DNA from: Candidatus Cloacimonadales bacterium
GTDB lineage: Bacteria > Cloacimonadota > Cloacimonadia > Cloacimonadales > JAFGVF01
Assembly (NCBI GenBank): GCA_963662585.1
Contig: OY759729.1
Coordinates: 1,376,001 to 1,440,000 of the forward strand
Direction: 5' to 3'
DNA length: 64,000 nucleotides
Shown here: piece after piece, positions 9,460-20,819 of the stretch
Layout: every line of letters starts with the position of its first letter
Position numbering within the stretch: position 1 is the stretch's first letter
Notes under the pieces: generated by a model
Databases searched by the model: none
Told to the model about the DNA's origin: nothing
The model's input: only the letters and a program-made list of their open reading frames with translations
Made by a program: the position numbers and the translations under genes

Positions 9460-9477
9460 TCATTCCTTCTTTGCTAA

Positions 9478-10026
9478 TTATTTACGATTAAAATATCCTA
9501 ATAATATACCTAGTGCTAATGACCAGATAGCTGCCATTAAAATGCGTAAATCAGGTGGCATTAAAAAAGTTACTGTATGAGCAGGAATCCAGAACCAAAT
9601 CAGACAATATAAGCCTTTGTTGATACCTTTCCAATTACTTTGACCAGCAGCAAGATTATCTAAAACTCGGTGCATTATTACTAAAAATGGACCAAACTGC
9701 AGATTCATAAAAGCAGAAACAAAGAAAGCAAATAAGAAAGAACTACTTTCTACACGAGGAAGAAAATTATGATTCATTAAAGCAGAAACAAATCCATCTC
9801 CTAGACCTTTGTTGCCAGCAAAACCCACAAAAGTATATTTAATTGCTACACCAAGAAGTGCCCAAATTACCATCTTTTTTAAGGTCATTACAAACCCAAA
9901 AGGGAATTTTACACTCTTGTTAATTACCCATTTAGAGAGAACCTCTCCAAAAGTTCCTAATATTGCGAAGTGAATGATAGCAGATAAGATAACATTCTCT
10001 TTCACGAAGCTCATATAGAGTTCCAT
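9478..10026 (-). CDS. Integral membrane protein, Mpv17/PMP22-like
   Basis: Several hydrophobic helices; WFWIPAHTVTFLMPPDLRIL resembles the Mpv17/PMP22 C-terminal motif. Confidence 0.6.
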   Translation of the reverse strand: MELYMSFVKENVILSAIIHFAILGTFGEVLSKWVINKSVKFPFGFVMTLKKMVIWALLGVAIKYTFVGFAGNKGLGDGFVSALMNHNFLPRVESSSFLFAFFVSAFMNLQFGPFLVIMHRVLDNLAAGQSNWKGINKGLYCLIWFWIPAHTVTFLMPPDLRILMAAIWSLALGILLGYFNRK

Positions 10027-10047
10027 ACTATCTCCTTTTTATTTTTC

Positions 10048-10077
10048 TTGACAAAATTCTCGCTATTTTGATTTAAT
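10048..10077 (+). promoter_or_regulatory. sigma70 promoter of tRNA-Val
   Basis: TTGACA ... TG-n-TTTAAT about 15 nt upstream of the tRNA. Confidence 0.55.
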
Positions 10078-10092
10078 TACTTTAAGCAAATC

Positions 10093-10169
<77 letters not shown>

Positions 10170-10401
10170 CTTTTAACAGTTTGTCAATTTATGTTATTTA
10201 GTCAATAAAATTGTACTTTTTTATTTATCTCTTCAAACTCAATCTTCTTCTATTAAATAAATAATCCCCAAAAAGAATGAATTTTAAGCATTTGCCAAAA
10301 TCTATCCTTTCTGGGGGTTTGTTTATATTCTTAAATTTTTAAAGCACTCTCTTAATTACAGTCTTTCATATAATTAAGAACTTTCTTCATGATTAAAATA
10401 C

Positions 10402-11349
10402 TTATTTACCGTCAGAAGTCTTCATAAATTTATAGTAATCCGAATCAGTAGTCATTATAAGAGTATTTTTTTCATCCATAGTCTCTTTATAAGTCTCTAA
10501 TGTTTTCACGAATTCATAGAATTCAGGATCACGATTATAAGCATTTGCATAAATCTCGATTGCTTCTGCATCAGCACGACCGATAATTTCCTGGGCTTGT
10601 TTGTAAGCTTGAGACTGAATTAAATCTAATTCTCTTTGCATTTTACCAAGAATTTCAGCAGAGTTTCCCAGTCCTTCTGATCTATATTTTGCAGCTATCT
10701 TCTGGCGTTCAGAAATCATTCTTTCATAAACCTTACGACCAACCTCATCATTATAATTTATTCTTTTTACTCTTACATCGATTAATTTAATCCCATACTC
10801 TTCGCAGAGTTTAGAAGATAACTGGAAAATCTGGTCTGAAATTGCACTTCTACCCAATACGATTTTTTCTTCTATATCTCCGCTAGCATAACTTTCTTCA
10901 AACTCTTCAGTAAAATTCAACTCTCTATTAGAGTTTCTAACAATTTCAATAAGAGTGTTGGAGCTGACCACATCGCGGGTTGTACCACTGATAATATCAT
11001 CAAGACGACCATGAGCAAAAGCTTCACTTCTAACTGTTTGATAAAAAGTAAGAGGATCTGAGATAGTCCAACGGGAAAAGGTATCTAGCCAGATGTATCT
11101 TTTGTCTGAAGTTGGAATCTGTTTAGGATCACCATCCCACTCTAAAATTCTTTTTTCAAAGAAATGAATAGTCTGAATAAAAGGAATTTTAACATGTAAC
11201 CCTGCATCTACTATTGGTCCCCCAACTGGATCACCAAATTGAGTAATAATAGCCTGTTCTTTTTCATCTAATATATAGAGTGAATTAAAAATTACTATAA
11301 CTAAAGCAACTATCGTAATAACTATTTTTGTTAATTTATTAACTTTCAT
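10402..11349 (-). CDS. hflC: Protease modulator HflC
   Basis: SPFH domain, VYERMISER, AYNRDPEFYEF; downstream of hflK. Confidence 0.93.
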   Translation of the reverse strand: MKVNKLTKIVITIVALVIVIFNSLYILDEKEQAIITQFGDPVGGPIVDAGLHVKIPFIQTIHFFEKRILEWDGDPKQIPTSDKRYIWLDTFSRWTISDPLTFYQTVRSEAFAHGRLDDIISGTTRDVVSSNTLIEIVRNSNRELNFTEEFEESYASGDIEEKIVLGRSAISDQIFQLSSKLCEEYGIKLIDVRVKRINYNDEVGRKVYERMISERQKIAAKYRSEGLGNSAEILGKMQRELDLIQSQAYKQAQEIIGRADAEAIEIYANAYNRDPEFYEFVKTLETYKETMDEKNTLIMTTDSDYYKFMKTSDGK

Positions 11350-12326
11350 TTTCTTTCTCCTTCACCTAAATTAAGAAGAGGAAGTAAACCTTTCAGATCA
11401 TCATCCACAACGAATACTTTATCTATCTTAGGAAGTATTTCCTGCATTGTTTCAAGATATAAACGCTTCTTGGTCACATCCTTGGCATTTTTATATTGAT
11501 TGAAAATCTGAATAAACTTGTTTGCATCACCTGTAGCACGATTTACCCTATTGATAGCATAACCTTCAGCTTCTTCAATTGTTCTCTTAGCTTTACCTTT
11601 TGCTTCAGGAATAATCTTATTATAATTTTGCCAAGCATCATTTAGAATACGCTCTTTCTCTTGTTTAGCAGAGTTAACATCATTGAAGGCTGGCTTTACT
11701 GGTTCAGGAGGATTAACATTCTGCAAATTAATAGTGTATATTTCAATACCAGAATTATATTCATCTAAAGTCTTTTGCAACTCAACTTGTACTTCGTCAG
11801 CTATTTCTTTACGACTTAAAACTATTACTTCATCACCACTCCTATCACCCACAATCTGACGAGTGAAGGATTCTGATAAATCACGAATAGTTTCTTCAAT
11901 GTTACGGATATTGAATAAGAATTTTACAGGATCTTTTATCCGATATTGGACAATCCATTCAACATCTGCAATATTCAAATCACCAGTAAGCATCAAGGAT
12001 TCATCATTATAATCTCTAGTTGAGTAGGTTGATTTAACTCCCGCAGTAATTGTCCTAAAACCAAATTCTTCCTTAAAAACACGCTTCACTCTTACTTTAG
12101 TTAGCTTATCAACACCAAAAGGAATTTTAAAATGTAAACCTGGTTCAGTAGTTTTTACATATTTACCGAAACGCTGAATGACTCCCATTTCTTCAGGATC
12201 AACAGTGTATAAGCCTGTAAAGAATAGCACGACTATAGCAATAGTTATCAGTATCGTTACTATTTTTTTCGGTGATACTTTCACTAGCCTATCCGTTTTA
12301 ATTTTAATCTCTTCATAATTGGGCAT
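11346..12326 (-). CDS. hflK: FtsH protease modulator HflK
   Basis: SPFH domain, MLTGDLN, PPEPVKPAFNDV, RLYLETM. Confidence 0.93.
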   Translation of the reverse strand: MPNYEEIKIKTDRLVKVSPKKIVTILITIAIVVLFFTGLYTVDPEEMGVIQRFGKYVKTTEPGLHFKIPFGVDKLTKVRVKRVFKEEFGFRTITAGVKSTYSTRDYNDESLMLTGDLNIADVEWIVQYRIKDPVKFLFNIRNIEETIRDLSESFTRQIVGDRSGDEVIVLSRKEIADEVQVELQKTLDEYNSGIEIYTINLQNVNPPEPVKPAFNDVNSAKQEKERILNDAWQNYNKIIPEAKGKAKRTIEEAEGYAINRVNRATGDANKFIQIFNQYKNAKDVTKKRLYLETMQEILPKIDKVFVVDDDLKGLLPLLNLGEGERK

Positions 12327-12566
12327 AAAGGCTCCTTATTTCTTTTATTATTTTCTAACATTATTATAACTAGCTCAATATAAACATTTGTATATAGCAA
12401 TAATAAAACTTTGATTCGATACTGTCAACTGATATATTAATTATTCTTATTTTATAGCAAATTATATCTAAGCATTAAACATGGCTAGGATATTTTAGTC
12501 TACTAAAAAATATTACCAGAGGAGATAAATTTGACCACCTCCCCCTTTCTTTTCTATCCTTACTTT

Positions 12567-12652
12567 ATGCTCTTCCCTTGCTCCCTTAATGTCATTTCAA
12601 ATAATATTCTAAACATGATAGAGTTGAGTGAGATGGAGCAAGGGAGGAGCAT
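12567..12652. repeat. Palindromic MITE-like element, copy 1
   Basis: ATGCTCTTCCCTTGCTCC...GGAGCAAGGGAGGAGCAT arms around an AT-rich core; right arm GTTGAGTGAGAnGGAGCAAGG shared with 33381 and (degenerate) 58094. Confidence 0.6.
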
Positions 12653-12695
12653 CAAGAGTCAGGAAAGAACCCAGAAAAATTAGTTCTTATTCCTG

Positions 12696-12720
12696 AAAAA
12701 GCCCCGCTTTCGCAGGGCTT
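12696..12720 (-). terminator. Intrinsic terminator of the nuclease gene
   Basis: Minus strand AAGCCCTGC-GAAA-GCGGGGCTT-TTT. Confidence 0.85.
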
Positions 12721-12751
12721 ATTTATTTATTTTATTAGCTTTGATGTTGAT

Positions 12752-15700
12752 TTATTTCAACAACACACCTTTGATCATTTGATTTACAGTATTTGTTTCC
12801 ATTCTAAAGAAATACATTCCTGAAGCACAGTCATTACCATTGCGATCCTTACCATTCCAAGTAAGTTTATGGAAGCCTGGTTGATAAATCTCATTAGAAA
12901 TTTCTCTGATTAGCTGTCCTTTCACATTAAAGACTTTAATATTAATTCTATCTGTATTCTTCACATAGAAACTAACAGTTGCTGTCGGATTGAATGGATT
13001 AGGATAGACACTTTTTAAAGTAGTTTTGTAAGGAATAACAACACTGTTAGAGTTATTGTTTTCTACTTTAATACTAATTGGTCCAAAAGTTTCATTCTCA
13101 TTAGAAAGTTCAACAGATTCTAACCAGTAGTAGTAAGTTTTATGTAGTTCAACTTGCTCATCAACATAAGAGTAATTATTTCCAATAAGACTATTATTAG
13201 CACTAACTATTCCTTGATTTGCTCTAACAGCGCTGTCTAAGAGAGAAGACTCTCCTCTTAGAATATTATAGCCAATTAGCCCACTCTCAGCTTCAGTTTT
13301 CCATTGAATAGCAACCGCTGCTTGACCAAAATTAGTATAAGTAATTGAGGAAGTGAAGGATGTTAAAGTAACTGGGAGAGTATTATCACCAAAATCGAAA
13401 TAATGGCTTCCCAAATTATCTGAATCGTCTGTTGGAAAAACCAACCATTCCGAATCAGGTGTTGTTTCTCCGGCTCTAGATTTAGCATCTGACCATTCAG
13501 TAGGATCAGTATTTCCTGAAGAAATATTGCTTTTGCGAGTTAAGGTTCTGTTATAAGTAGCATTAGCAACACCCGCTACAGACCAACCATCACCACTAGG
13601 TAGAGAATTGGGAACTCCAATAATATCAAGGGCAGTTGAATTTTTAAATAAACCTACTGCCTGGTTACCGGAAAAGGCTAGAGTAGCATTATAACTGTTT
13701 GCATGATTTAAAATGCTAGCATTAGCACTTGGATGAGCTAGAACATAAACTGCATCATTAGCTAAATTACCACTTAAATCAACACTTTGGGACCAGTTTC
13801 CACCTGGGTTTGTTATTTTTATGGAGTAAACTGATAAATCAACTTCTTGCCCAGTTCCATTATAGATTTCTATTGATTTATTATTACCAGTACCAGATAA
13901 ATACTCTGAGATAAAGAGGTCATCAGCATATACTAAGTTTGATTCGATAGTTATATAATCAGTCTTCACCATAGTTCTTTCATCTAAATTATTATCTACT
14001 ACATATAAAGATACTGTGTAAGTTCCTGCCTGATTATAAACATGAGTAGGATTTACAGAATAAGAATCTGCTATACTGTCATTATTGAAATCCCATTCAT
14101 ATACATAAGGTGAAATTCCACCACTTACATTTGCAGTAAATTGAATACTTGTTCCTGTAGTAGTTGAAGTTAAATCTGCTGAAAAATCCACAGTTAGAGG
14201 TGTAAAACTATGATTTCCAAGATAGTCATAAGTAGCATTTGCATAAACAAGCCACTCTGAATCACTAGCATCTGTTCCTGCAGAAGTAGTCCAATCAGTA
14301 TTTCCTTGACTTACATAAGATTTTCTGACTAAGACATGATTTTCTGTAGCTTCTGTAATACCTGCAACATCCCAGGCAGCACCAGGGTCATTTTCATAAA
14401 TACCAATAATATCAATTAGAACATCATTTTTAAATAAACCAACTGCATCATTACCATTAAAGGATAAAGATCCATTTGAAAGGTTAACTGCTTCTGTAAT
14501 TCCTGTATCATCAGCAGAAGAATTAGCAATAACATAAACTGAGTTATTGGTGAGAGTACCTGTCAAGCTTATTGCAGAACCCCAACTTGTACCATTAGAT
14601 CCTAATTTAACTGAATAGATAGATAAATCAACATCAGAACCTGTACCATTGAAGATTTCCAGTGCTTTGTTGCTACCAGTAGCTCCTTCAATATACTCAG
14701 AAATAAAGAGGTCAATTGCAGCTGATTGATTTTCTGATAAAGTATAAGTTGCTGTAGCAATTCCGCTATCATCAAAATCTGCTTTTATAGCAATAGCTTT
14801 AACAGTTGCAGTTTCAGTAAGAGTGAAAGGATTTTCATAAAGCGTAGAGCTTGTAGTAGGAGTATCTCCATTACTTGTATAATATATAGAAGCACCATTA
14901 GTTGCACAAGTGATTGTAATTTCCACTGAATTAACAAAACTACCTGAATTTGGTGAAATTTCAGGAGTTGAAACTTGAGAACTTGAAGCTGAACCATAAA
15001 TAGCAGCTACCCATTCTGGGTGATTAACGAAAGGATTTCTATTTCCTTGATAATCATAAATACCTTCATTTCTATCAATTTCAGCTTGATCTACAGGGTC
15101 TGATTCATGCCATTGTAGAAGGGTAGGCAACATGTCTATGTTTAAACCCGTAGTTGAACCATCATCTGATAATGGCAAGTTCCAACGAGTATTCATATAT
15201 AACATGGCCCTTGCTGTATTTCCTTTGTGTTGATCTGCAACTTCAAAAACAGTCTCTCCATCAATATTATATCCTCTGTATGAAACATAACCACTTGCTT
15301 CAGTCCAGCTGTTTAATACGGAGTTTACATTATCAAAAGGAAGATTTCCCCTAGATGAGTTTACTTCAGATTTTGTAGGGAATAAATGGTGAATATCTGT
15401 TCTTGCTATCGCATAATCACTTGCAGATTCATACTCCTCTAACCAACTTTGAGGATAAGAATGTTCGCAATCTATACCTGCAGGAGTGGAAGTTGTTCCA
15501 TAAGGATGTGCAACCTCAAGTCCAGAGTAAACTCCTGTTACTGTACCATCAATATTATCTATTGTGCTATACATAGCTTCTCGAGAATTATCATAACTTG
15601 AAAGTGTATTAGTAGCAATTAAATTATGAAGCTGTGTTTTCAAGGCAGACCCTGTTGTTTCAGTAATTGTAGAGTAGTATCCTTCTACACTCGTGTCATT

Positions 15701-17986
15701 CACTGTAATATAAGCTGTTTTAACAACAGTTGAATCAGCCGAAGCATTATCAGTTACATTAAGAGAAACAGTATATACACCTGCTTCTGAATAAGTGAAA
15801 GAAGGATTTTCAGCACTTGAATCTTCTATATCATCACCATCAAAATCCCAGCTGTATGTATAAGGAGTCGTTCCACCATATACTGTACTAGTAAATGCTA
15901 CTGTTAATGATTGGTCACCAGAAGTAACATCTGCAGAGAAGTCAACACCAAATTCTGTTTCACCTTCGAAAGTAAATACATGAGAACCGACATGCGTGTA
16001 AGTATTGGCATCATAAACAATCCATTCGGAGTTTTCAGTAGAAGTACCACGAGAGGTATCCCAATCTGTGTTTCCTTCGAAAACAGATGATTTTCTAACT
16101 AAGGTATGGTTTGCAGTAGCATTAGTTACATTAGCTACATCCCAACCAGTACCAGGATCTGTACCATCAGTACCAACAGCATCTATAAGGTCCTCGCCTT
16201 TAAATAGGCCAATTGCATCATCACCATTGAAAGTACAAATTGAGCCTTCTGTTAAATCTGCTTCAGCAAGAACACTTGTATCAGAGCTAGTATTTGCAAT
16301 AACAAATACATCATTATTAGCGAGAGTACCTGATAATGCTAATGTATCCTCACTCCAATTACCACCATTAGTTATTTTACCAATAGAATAAGCTGATAGG
16401 TTTACAGGGATGCCTGTACCGTTAAATATTTCGATATACTTAGTGTTTCCACCATCTGGTTCGCAGTATTCAGAAATAAAGAGATCGGTAGCACCCTCAG
16501 GTGCTGCTTCAACTGTTATATAATCTGTTTTTGTTTCTATATCAGAATCAGTATTATCATCAGTAACTGTAAGAGATACTGAATAAGTACCAACAGCAGT
16601 ATAGGTATGAGTAGGATTTTCGTCAGTTGAAGTATTAGTATCACCAAAAGTCCAACTGAATGAATATGGTGTTGCGCCACCACTTGAAGCATTTGTGAAA
16701 GTTACTTCTTGATCTACATAAACTGTAGTTAAATTGGCAGAGAAATCAGCTACCAAAGGTAAAGGGTCAATTACTTCATAGCTTTGTTCTAAAGAAGTAG
16801 TAGATTCACTATCATTATCTAAAGTATAAATTTCATAATAGACAGTTGTTCCATCTAAATTTGCAGGAATATTATTATTCGTAACATAGGTATTTCCAGT
16901 AGAAACAGACATATCGATTATATTAGTTAAAAAACCTGTGGATGTTCCCCAATGCAATTCAGCACCAATTATTGTGCCATCACTATCTGTAATATCTGCT
17001 GAAACTGAAACTGTGGTAGATGAGATAATATCTGTATTAGGAGTTTGAATAATGTTTGTTATGGTAGGGAGTACATTACCTAATACAGTATAACTTGCTT
17101 CAGTTGAGGTACTTGCTTCTAAATCATTATCAGTTGCGATAATTTGATAATAAACGGTTGTACCCTTTGCTTGTGCCGGAATATCAGATACAGTAGTATA
17201 AGTTGAACCACTATTAGTCATATTAATTTGATTAGTTAAACTACCACTAGTAGTTCCCCAGTTTAATACAACACTTGATACAGTATCATCATCTGTAACA
17301 TCTGCTGAAACAGAAACTGTTTCTAAATAATCAATATTTGTTTCTGGATCTATAGCTATACTAGAAATTACTGGAGCTAAATTTCCTGTTGCACCAAAAG
17401 TATGAGAACCAATAAAAGAAAAAGTATTTTGACCATAAACATCCCACTCTGAATTTTCTGTTGTAGTTCCAAAGGAAGATGAATTAGTCGAATTAGGAGA
17501 AGAAACAGAAGATTTCCTTACTAATGTATGATCTTTAGTATTATTACCTATCCCTGGAAGAACCCAATATGAACCAGGATCAACCCCAATTGTACCAAAA
17601 ACATCGATAACAATACCATTATTTAGTAAAGCAATTGCATCATCACCATTGAAGTTGTTTAGTGTAGCATCTTCAATATCAGTAACTTCTTGAATTAGGG
17701 CATCTGCAGAAGCTCTAGATATCACAAGAACATCATTATTAGCTAAATCCCCAGATAAAGCTAATGTATAACTAGCACTTGACGATCCATTTGTATAAAT
17801 CGAAATTGAATAAGTATCTAAACTCACAGAGCTACCTGTACCGTTGAATATTTCGAGAGCCTTGTTATAATTTCCACTACCTTCGATATATTCAGAAATA
17901 AATAGGTCTGTAGCTTGTCCATTCAGATTCATAAATCCAAATAGCGTTATCATTATTATCAAAAAAAAGCACTTAGTATCTCTCAT
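12752..17986 (-). CDS. Large secreted nuclease: 4 lamin-tail domains, PKD domains, endonuclease I domain, Fn3-like domain, FlgD-Ig/T9SS-like CTD
   Basis: Four DLFISEY...EIFNGTG repeats; PKD motifs (YSWDFDGD, NPTHTY..GTYSVSL); EndA/Bsn-type CEHSYPQSW, DIHHLFP, NSSRGN, QGNRNPF; YPNPFNP C-terminal domain. Confidence 0.85.
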   Translation of the reverse strand: MRDTKCFFLIIMITLFGFMNLNGQATDLFISEYIEGSGNYNKALEIFNGTGSSVSLDTYSISIYTNGSSSASYTLALSGDLANNDVLVISRASADALIQEVTDIEDATLNNFNGDDAIALLNNGIVIDVFGTIGVDPGSYWVLPGIGNNTKDHTLVRKSSVSSPNSTNSSSFGTTTENSEWDVYGQNTFSFIGSHTFGATGNLAPVISSIAIDPETNIDYLETVSVSADVTDDDTVSSVVLNWGTTSGSLTNQINMTNSGSTYTTVSDIPAQAKGTTVYYQIIATDNDLEASTSTEASYTVLGNVLPTITNIIQTPNTDIISSTTVSVSADITDSDGTIIGAELHWGTSTGFLTNIIDMSVSTGNTYVTNNNIPANLDGTTVYYEIYTLDNDSESTTSLEQSYEVIDPLPLVADFSANLTTVYVDQEVTFTNASSGGATPYSFSWTFGDTNTSTDENPTHTYTAVGTYSVSLTVTDDNTDSDIETKTDYITVEAAPEGATDLFISEYCEPDGGNTKYIEIFNGTGIPVNLSAYSIGKITNGGNWSEDTLALSGTLANNDVFVIANTSSDTSVLAEADLTEGSICTFNGDDAIGLFKGEDLIDAVGTDGTDPGTGWDVANVTNATANHTLVRKSSVFEGNTDWDTSRGTSTENSEWIVYDANTYTHVGSHVFTFEGETEFGVDFSADVTSGDQSLTVAFTSTVYGGTTPYTYSWDFDGDDIEDSSAENPSFTYSEAGVYTVSLNVTDNASADSTVVKTAYITVNDTSVEGYYSTITETTGSALKTQLHNLIATNTLSSYDNSREAMYSTIDNIDGTVTGVYSGLEVAHPYGTTSTPAGIDCEHSYPQSWLEEYESASDYAIARTDIHHLFPTKSEVNSSRGNLPFDNVNSVLNSWTEASGYVSYRGYNIDGETVFEVADQHKGNTARAMLYMNTRWNLPLSDDGSTTGLNIDMLPTLLQWHESDPVDQAEIDRNEGIYDYQGNRNPFVNHPEWVAAIYGSASSSQVSTPEISPNSGSFVNSVEITITCATNGASIYYTSNGDTPTTSSTLYENPFTLTETATVKAIAIKADFDDSGIATATYTLSENQSAAIDLFISEYIEGATGSNKALEIFNGTGSDVDLSIYSVKLGSNGTSWGSAISLTGTLTNNSVYVIANSSADDTGITEAVNLSNGSLSFNGNDAVGLFKNDVLIDIIGIYENDPGAAWDVAGITEATENHVLVRKSYVSQGNTDWTTSAGTDASDSEWLVYANATYDYLGNHSFTPLTVDFSADLTSTTTGTSIQFTANVSGGISPYVYEWDFNNDSIADSYSVNPTHVYNQAGTYTVSLYVVDNNLDERTMVKTDYITIESNLVYADDLFISEYLSGTGNNKSIEIYNGTGQEVDLSVYSIKITNPGGNWSQSVDLSGNLANDAVYVLAHPSANASILNHANSYNATLAFSGNQAVGLFKNSTALDIIGVPNSLPSGDGWSVAGVANATYNRTLTRKSNISSGNTDPTEWSDAKSRAGETTPDSEWLVFPTDDSDNLGSHYFDFGDNTLPVTLTSFTSSITYTNFGQAAVAIQWKTEAESGLIGYNILRGESSLLDSAVRANQGIVSANNSLIGNNYSYVDEQVELHKTYYYWLESVELSNENETFGPISIKVENNNSNSVVIPYKTTLKSVYPNPFNPTATVSFYVKNTDRINIKVFNVKGQLIREISNEIYQPGFHKLTWNGKDRNGNDCASGMYFFRMETNTVNQMIKGVLLK

Positions 17987-18322
17987 TAAATCTCCCCATT
18001 TATAATTTGTAGCAATTTAGAGAATAAATATCTTTCCTGTCAAATAAATTTTTATTAATTAATCATTTCATAAAGATAATAGTTCTAAAAGTGTATTATA
18101 AGTGGGAGTGAAGCATTAGTAAAATTCCTTAAATTTGCCCCATTCTCTAAATTGCCATAGAGTATTGCTAGAAAAATGAGACTAACTTAAGCTGTTGTGA
18201 ATAATCAATCTTACCCTTTTAAGTTATCATTCTAGTATGTGTCTAATTTTGAGATAATGAATTATGATTCACCAAAGGTGAATTTCTCTTCTCTTCGTTA
18301 AATCAGTAGCTAAATTTAAAGC

Positions 18323-18351
18323 AAAAAAAAAGGCTACTCCTAAGAGTAGCC
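18323..18351 (-). terminator. Terminator of the alpha operon
   Basis: GGCTACTC-loop-GAGTAGCC followed by a U9 tract on the minus strand. Confidence 0.9.
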
Positions 18352-18371
18352 ATCTATTTTACATTACATCA

Positions 18372-18761
18372 TTATTCAGCTTGAGCTGTAACTTCTGTTC
18401 TACCGATTCCGTCCACAAATTCGATAATAGCCATAGGAGCATTATCACCTCTGCGGTTACCAGCTTTAAGAACGCGTGTATAACCACCGTTTCTTTCAGT
18501 ATAGTTTGGACCGATTTCTTCAAAAAGTCTTTTTACTAGGTCTCTATCTTGAAGAACTTTATAAGCTAATCTACGATTATGAACATCATTTTTCTTAGCA
18601 TAAGTAATACAGCGTTCTGCAAGAGAGCGCATCTCTTTAGCTCTTGCGAGAGTAGTATTGATGCGTCCATGTTCGATAAGTGATTTCACTAAGTTATGTA
18701 ACATAGCTTTTCTGTGATCACTTTCTAAACCAAATTTTCTTCCTCTAACTCTATGTCTCAT
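18372..18761 (-). CDS. rplQ: 50S ribosomal protein L17
   Basis: MRHR..., RNGGYTRVLK, RRGDNAPMA. Confidence 0.98.
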   Translation of the reverse strand: MRHRVRGRKFGLESDHRKAMLHNLVKSLIEHGRINTTLARAKEMRSLAERCITYAKKNDVHNRRLAYKVLQDRDLVKRLFEEIGPNYTERNGGYTRVLKAGNRRGDNAPMAIIEFVDGIGRTEVTAQAE

Positions 18762-18771
18762 GGTCGAATCC

Positions 18772-19779
18772 TTATTCTTTTATTTTTACTCTGTTTTTAG
18801 CCTCTTGGATTTGAGCGTTGAAAGAGTCAACATCCATGCCAAGAGTTAAGCCATAAGTTTCCAGTAAGCCTGAGATTTCATCTAAGGATTTCTTACCGAA
18901 ATTACGGTATTTTAACATTTCACTTTCAGTTTTACCAACTAATTCTCCGATTTTCTCAATTTTAGCAGCCAATAAGCAGTTAGCAGAACGAACAGTAAGT
19001 TCTAGTTCTTTAACATTCATATTGAAGAGCTTTTCTAATCTTTCCAATTCTGGATCCATTTGAACTTCTTCAATATACTCAGGCTCAACTTCAAATTGAG
19101 AAATACTTGAATATAAATCCTTAAGAATTTTAGCAGCAAGGAAAAGTGAATTTTTTGGATTGATAGAACCGTCAGTAGTAATTTCTAAAGTCAGTTTATC
19201 ATAGTTCATCTTCTCTTTAACTCGTTGGTTAGAGACGAAGAAGTTCACTTTTCTCATTGGAGAATAGATGGAGTCGATTGGGATAATTCCAATAGCTTTG
19301 TCTGTCATGTCCTGTTTGTCAGAAGGGACGAATCCTCTTCCATTTGCAGCCCATAATTCAATTCTGATATCTACATCTTCACTTACATTAAGAAGCACAA
19401 GTTCAGGGTTCAGAATCTCAACATTTCCAGGTGTTTGAATTTCAGCTGCAGTTACTACACCTTTTCCTTTATGTTCTAAAATTAATTCAACTTCATTAAT
19501 ATCGTCAATTTTAAGAACTAACTCTTTCAGTTTGAGAATAAGATCAACATAATCGGAATTAGTACCCGGAATAGGGCAGAATTCGTGATGCAAACCTTCA
19601 ATTCTAACATATTTGATTGCAGCACCTTGGATAGAAGCTAATAATACTCGTCTAAGAGTATTACCAATAGTTGTTCCGAAACCAGGTTCTAAAGGACCCA
19701 TTTCGAACTTTCCATAAGTTTGACTGTTATCAAGAACTTCGACTCTTTCCGGCATCTGCAACGGTTCTAAGAACATCAT
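18772..19779 (-). CDS. rpoA: RNA polymerase alpha subunit
   Basis: PLEPGFGTTIGNTLRRVLL; alpha-CTD ELELTVRSANCL, RNFGKKSL. Confidence 0.98.
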   Translation of the reverse strand: MMFLEPLQMPERVEVLDNSQTYGKFEMGPLEPGFGTTIGNTLRRVLLASIQGAAIKYVRIEGLHHEFCPIPGTNSDYVDLILKLKELVLKIDDINEVELILEHKGKGVVTAAEIQTPGNVEILNPELVLLNVSEDVDIRIELWAANGRGFVPSDKQDMTDKAIGIIPIDSIYSPMRKVNFFVSNQRVKEKMNYDKLTLEITTDGSINPKNSLFLAAKILKDLYSSISQFEVEPEYIEEVQMDPELERLEKLFNMNVKELELTVRSANCLLAAKIEKIGELVGKTESEMLKYRNFGKKSLDEISGLLETYGLTLGMDVDSFNAQIQEAKNRVKIKE

Positions 19780-19794
19780 ATGTGTCTCTCCAGT

Positions 19795-20409
19795 TTATTT
19801 AGAATAGAACTCAACAATTAAACGGACATCTACATTAGTAGGTATCTCTTCAGCATTTGGAATTGCTAAAAATTCACCTTTGAAATTATCTTTATCAACT
19901 GATAACCATGAGTATGAAGAAGTTGCACTTGTAACTTCAGCTGCATCTGTCATGGCACCTTTTCTACTACTTTCTTTGATTTCGATAATATCCCCTGGTT
20001 TACATAAGAAAGAGGCGATATTAACTCTTCTACCGTTAACTTGCACATGTCCGTGATTTACGAATTGACGGGACTGCATTCTGGTAACAGCAAAGCCTAA
20101 TCTATAAACAACATTATCCAATCTTCTTTCTAATAATTGAAGGAAGTTATCACCTGTAACACCTTCTTTCTTAGAAGCTTTTACAAAATAATTGTAGAAT
20201 TGCTTTTCTAAGAGGCAGTAAGTGTTTCTGAGTTTTTGTTTTTCTCTCAAGTGAGTACCATAATCACTAAGTTTTCTTCTGAAAACTTTACCGTGATCAC
20301 CGGCAGGATAATTTCTTTTTTCTAATATTCTATCATATTTTGGTGTTCCAAAGATGTTCTCACCAAATTTTCTAACTAATTTTGCTTTTGGTCCTGTATA
20401 TCGTGCCAT
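19795..20409 (-). CDS. rpsD: 30S ribosomal protein S4
   Basis: MARYTGP, LERRLDNVVYRLG, IVEFYSK. Confidence 0.98.
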   Translation of the reverse strand: MARYTGPKAKLVRKFGENIFGTPKYDRILEKRNYPAGDHGKVFRRKLSDYGTHLREKQKLRNTYCLLEKQFYNYFVKASKKEGVTGDNFLQLLERRLDNVVYRLGFAVTRMQSRQFVNHGHVQVNGRRVNIASFLCKPGDIIEIKESSRKGAMTDAAEVTSATSSYSWLSVDKDNFKGEFLAIPNAEEIPTNVDVRLIVEFYSK

Positions 20410-20418
20410 TCTTCCCCC

Positions 20419-20811
20419 TTAGATTCTTCTTGTTTTTGGTGGACGGCAGCCATTATGAGGGATAGGAGTAGCATCTTGAATAGATAATATCTTTAATCCC
20501 GTAGCATTCATAGAGCGGATAGATGCTTCTCTACCTCCACCTGGTCCACGAACGATAACTTTAACTTTAGTGATTCCCATATCAAGAGCAGTTTTAGCTA
20601 CTTCTCCAGCAGCGATCTGAGCTGCATAAGGAGTTGATTTACGAGAACCTTTATTACCAATTTTTCCACCTGAAGACCAGGTAAGTACATTACCAGCCTT
20701 ATCAGCCAAGGTTATAATAGTATTATTAAAACTTGAGTGGACATGTGCTACGCCTTCGTCAAATGCTAGACGAACTCTTTTTTTCTTAGCTCTTACTTTC
20801 TTTTTAGCCAT
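20419..20811 (-). CDS. rpsK: 30S ribosomal protein S11
   Basis: SFNNTIIT, RKSTPYAAQ, TPIPHNGCRPPK. Confidence 0.98.
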   Translation of the reverse strand: MAKKKVRAKKKRVRLAFDEGVAHVHSSFNNTIITLADKAGNVLTWSSGGKIGNKGSRKSTPYAAQIAAGEVAKTALDMGITKVKVIVRGPGGGREASIRSMNATGLKILSIQDATPIPHNGCRPPKTRRI

Positions 20812-20819
20812 AAGTTCTC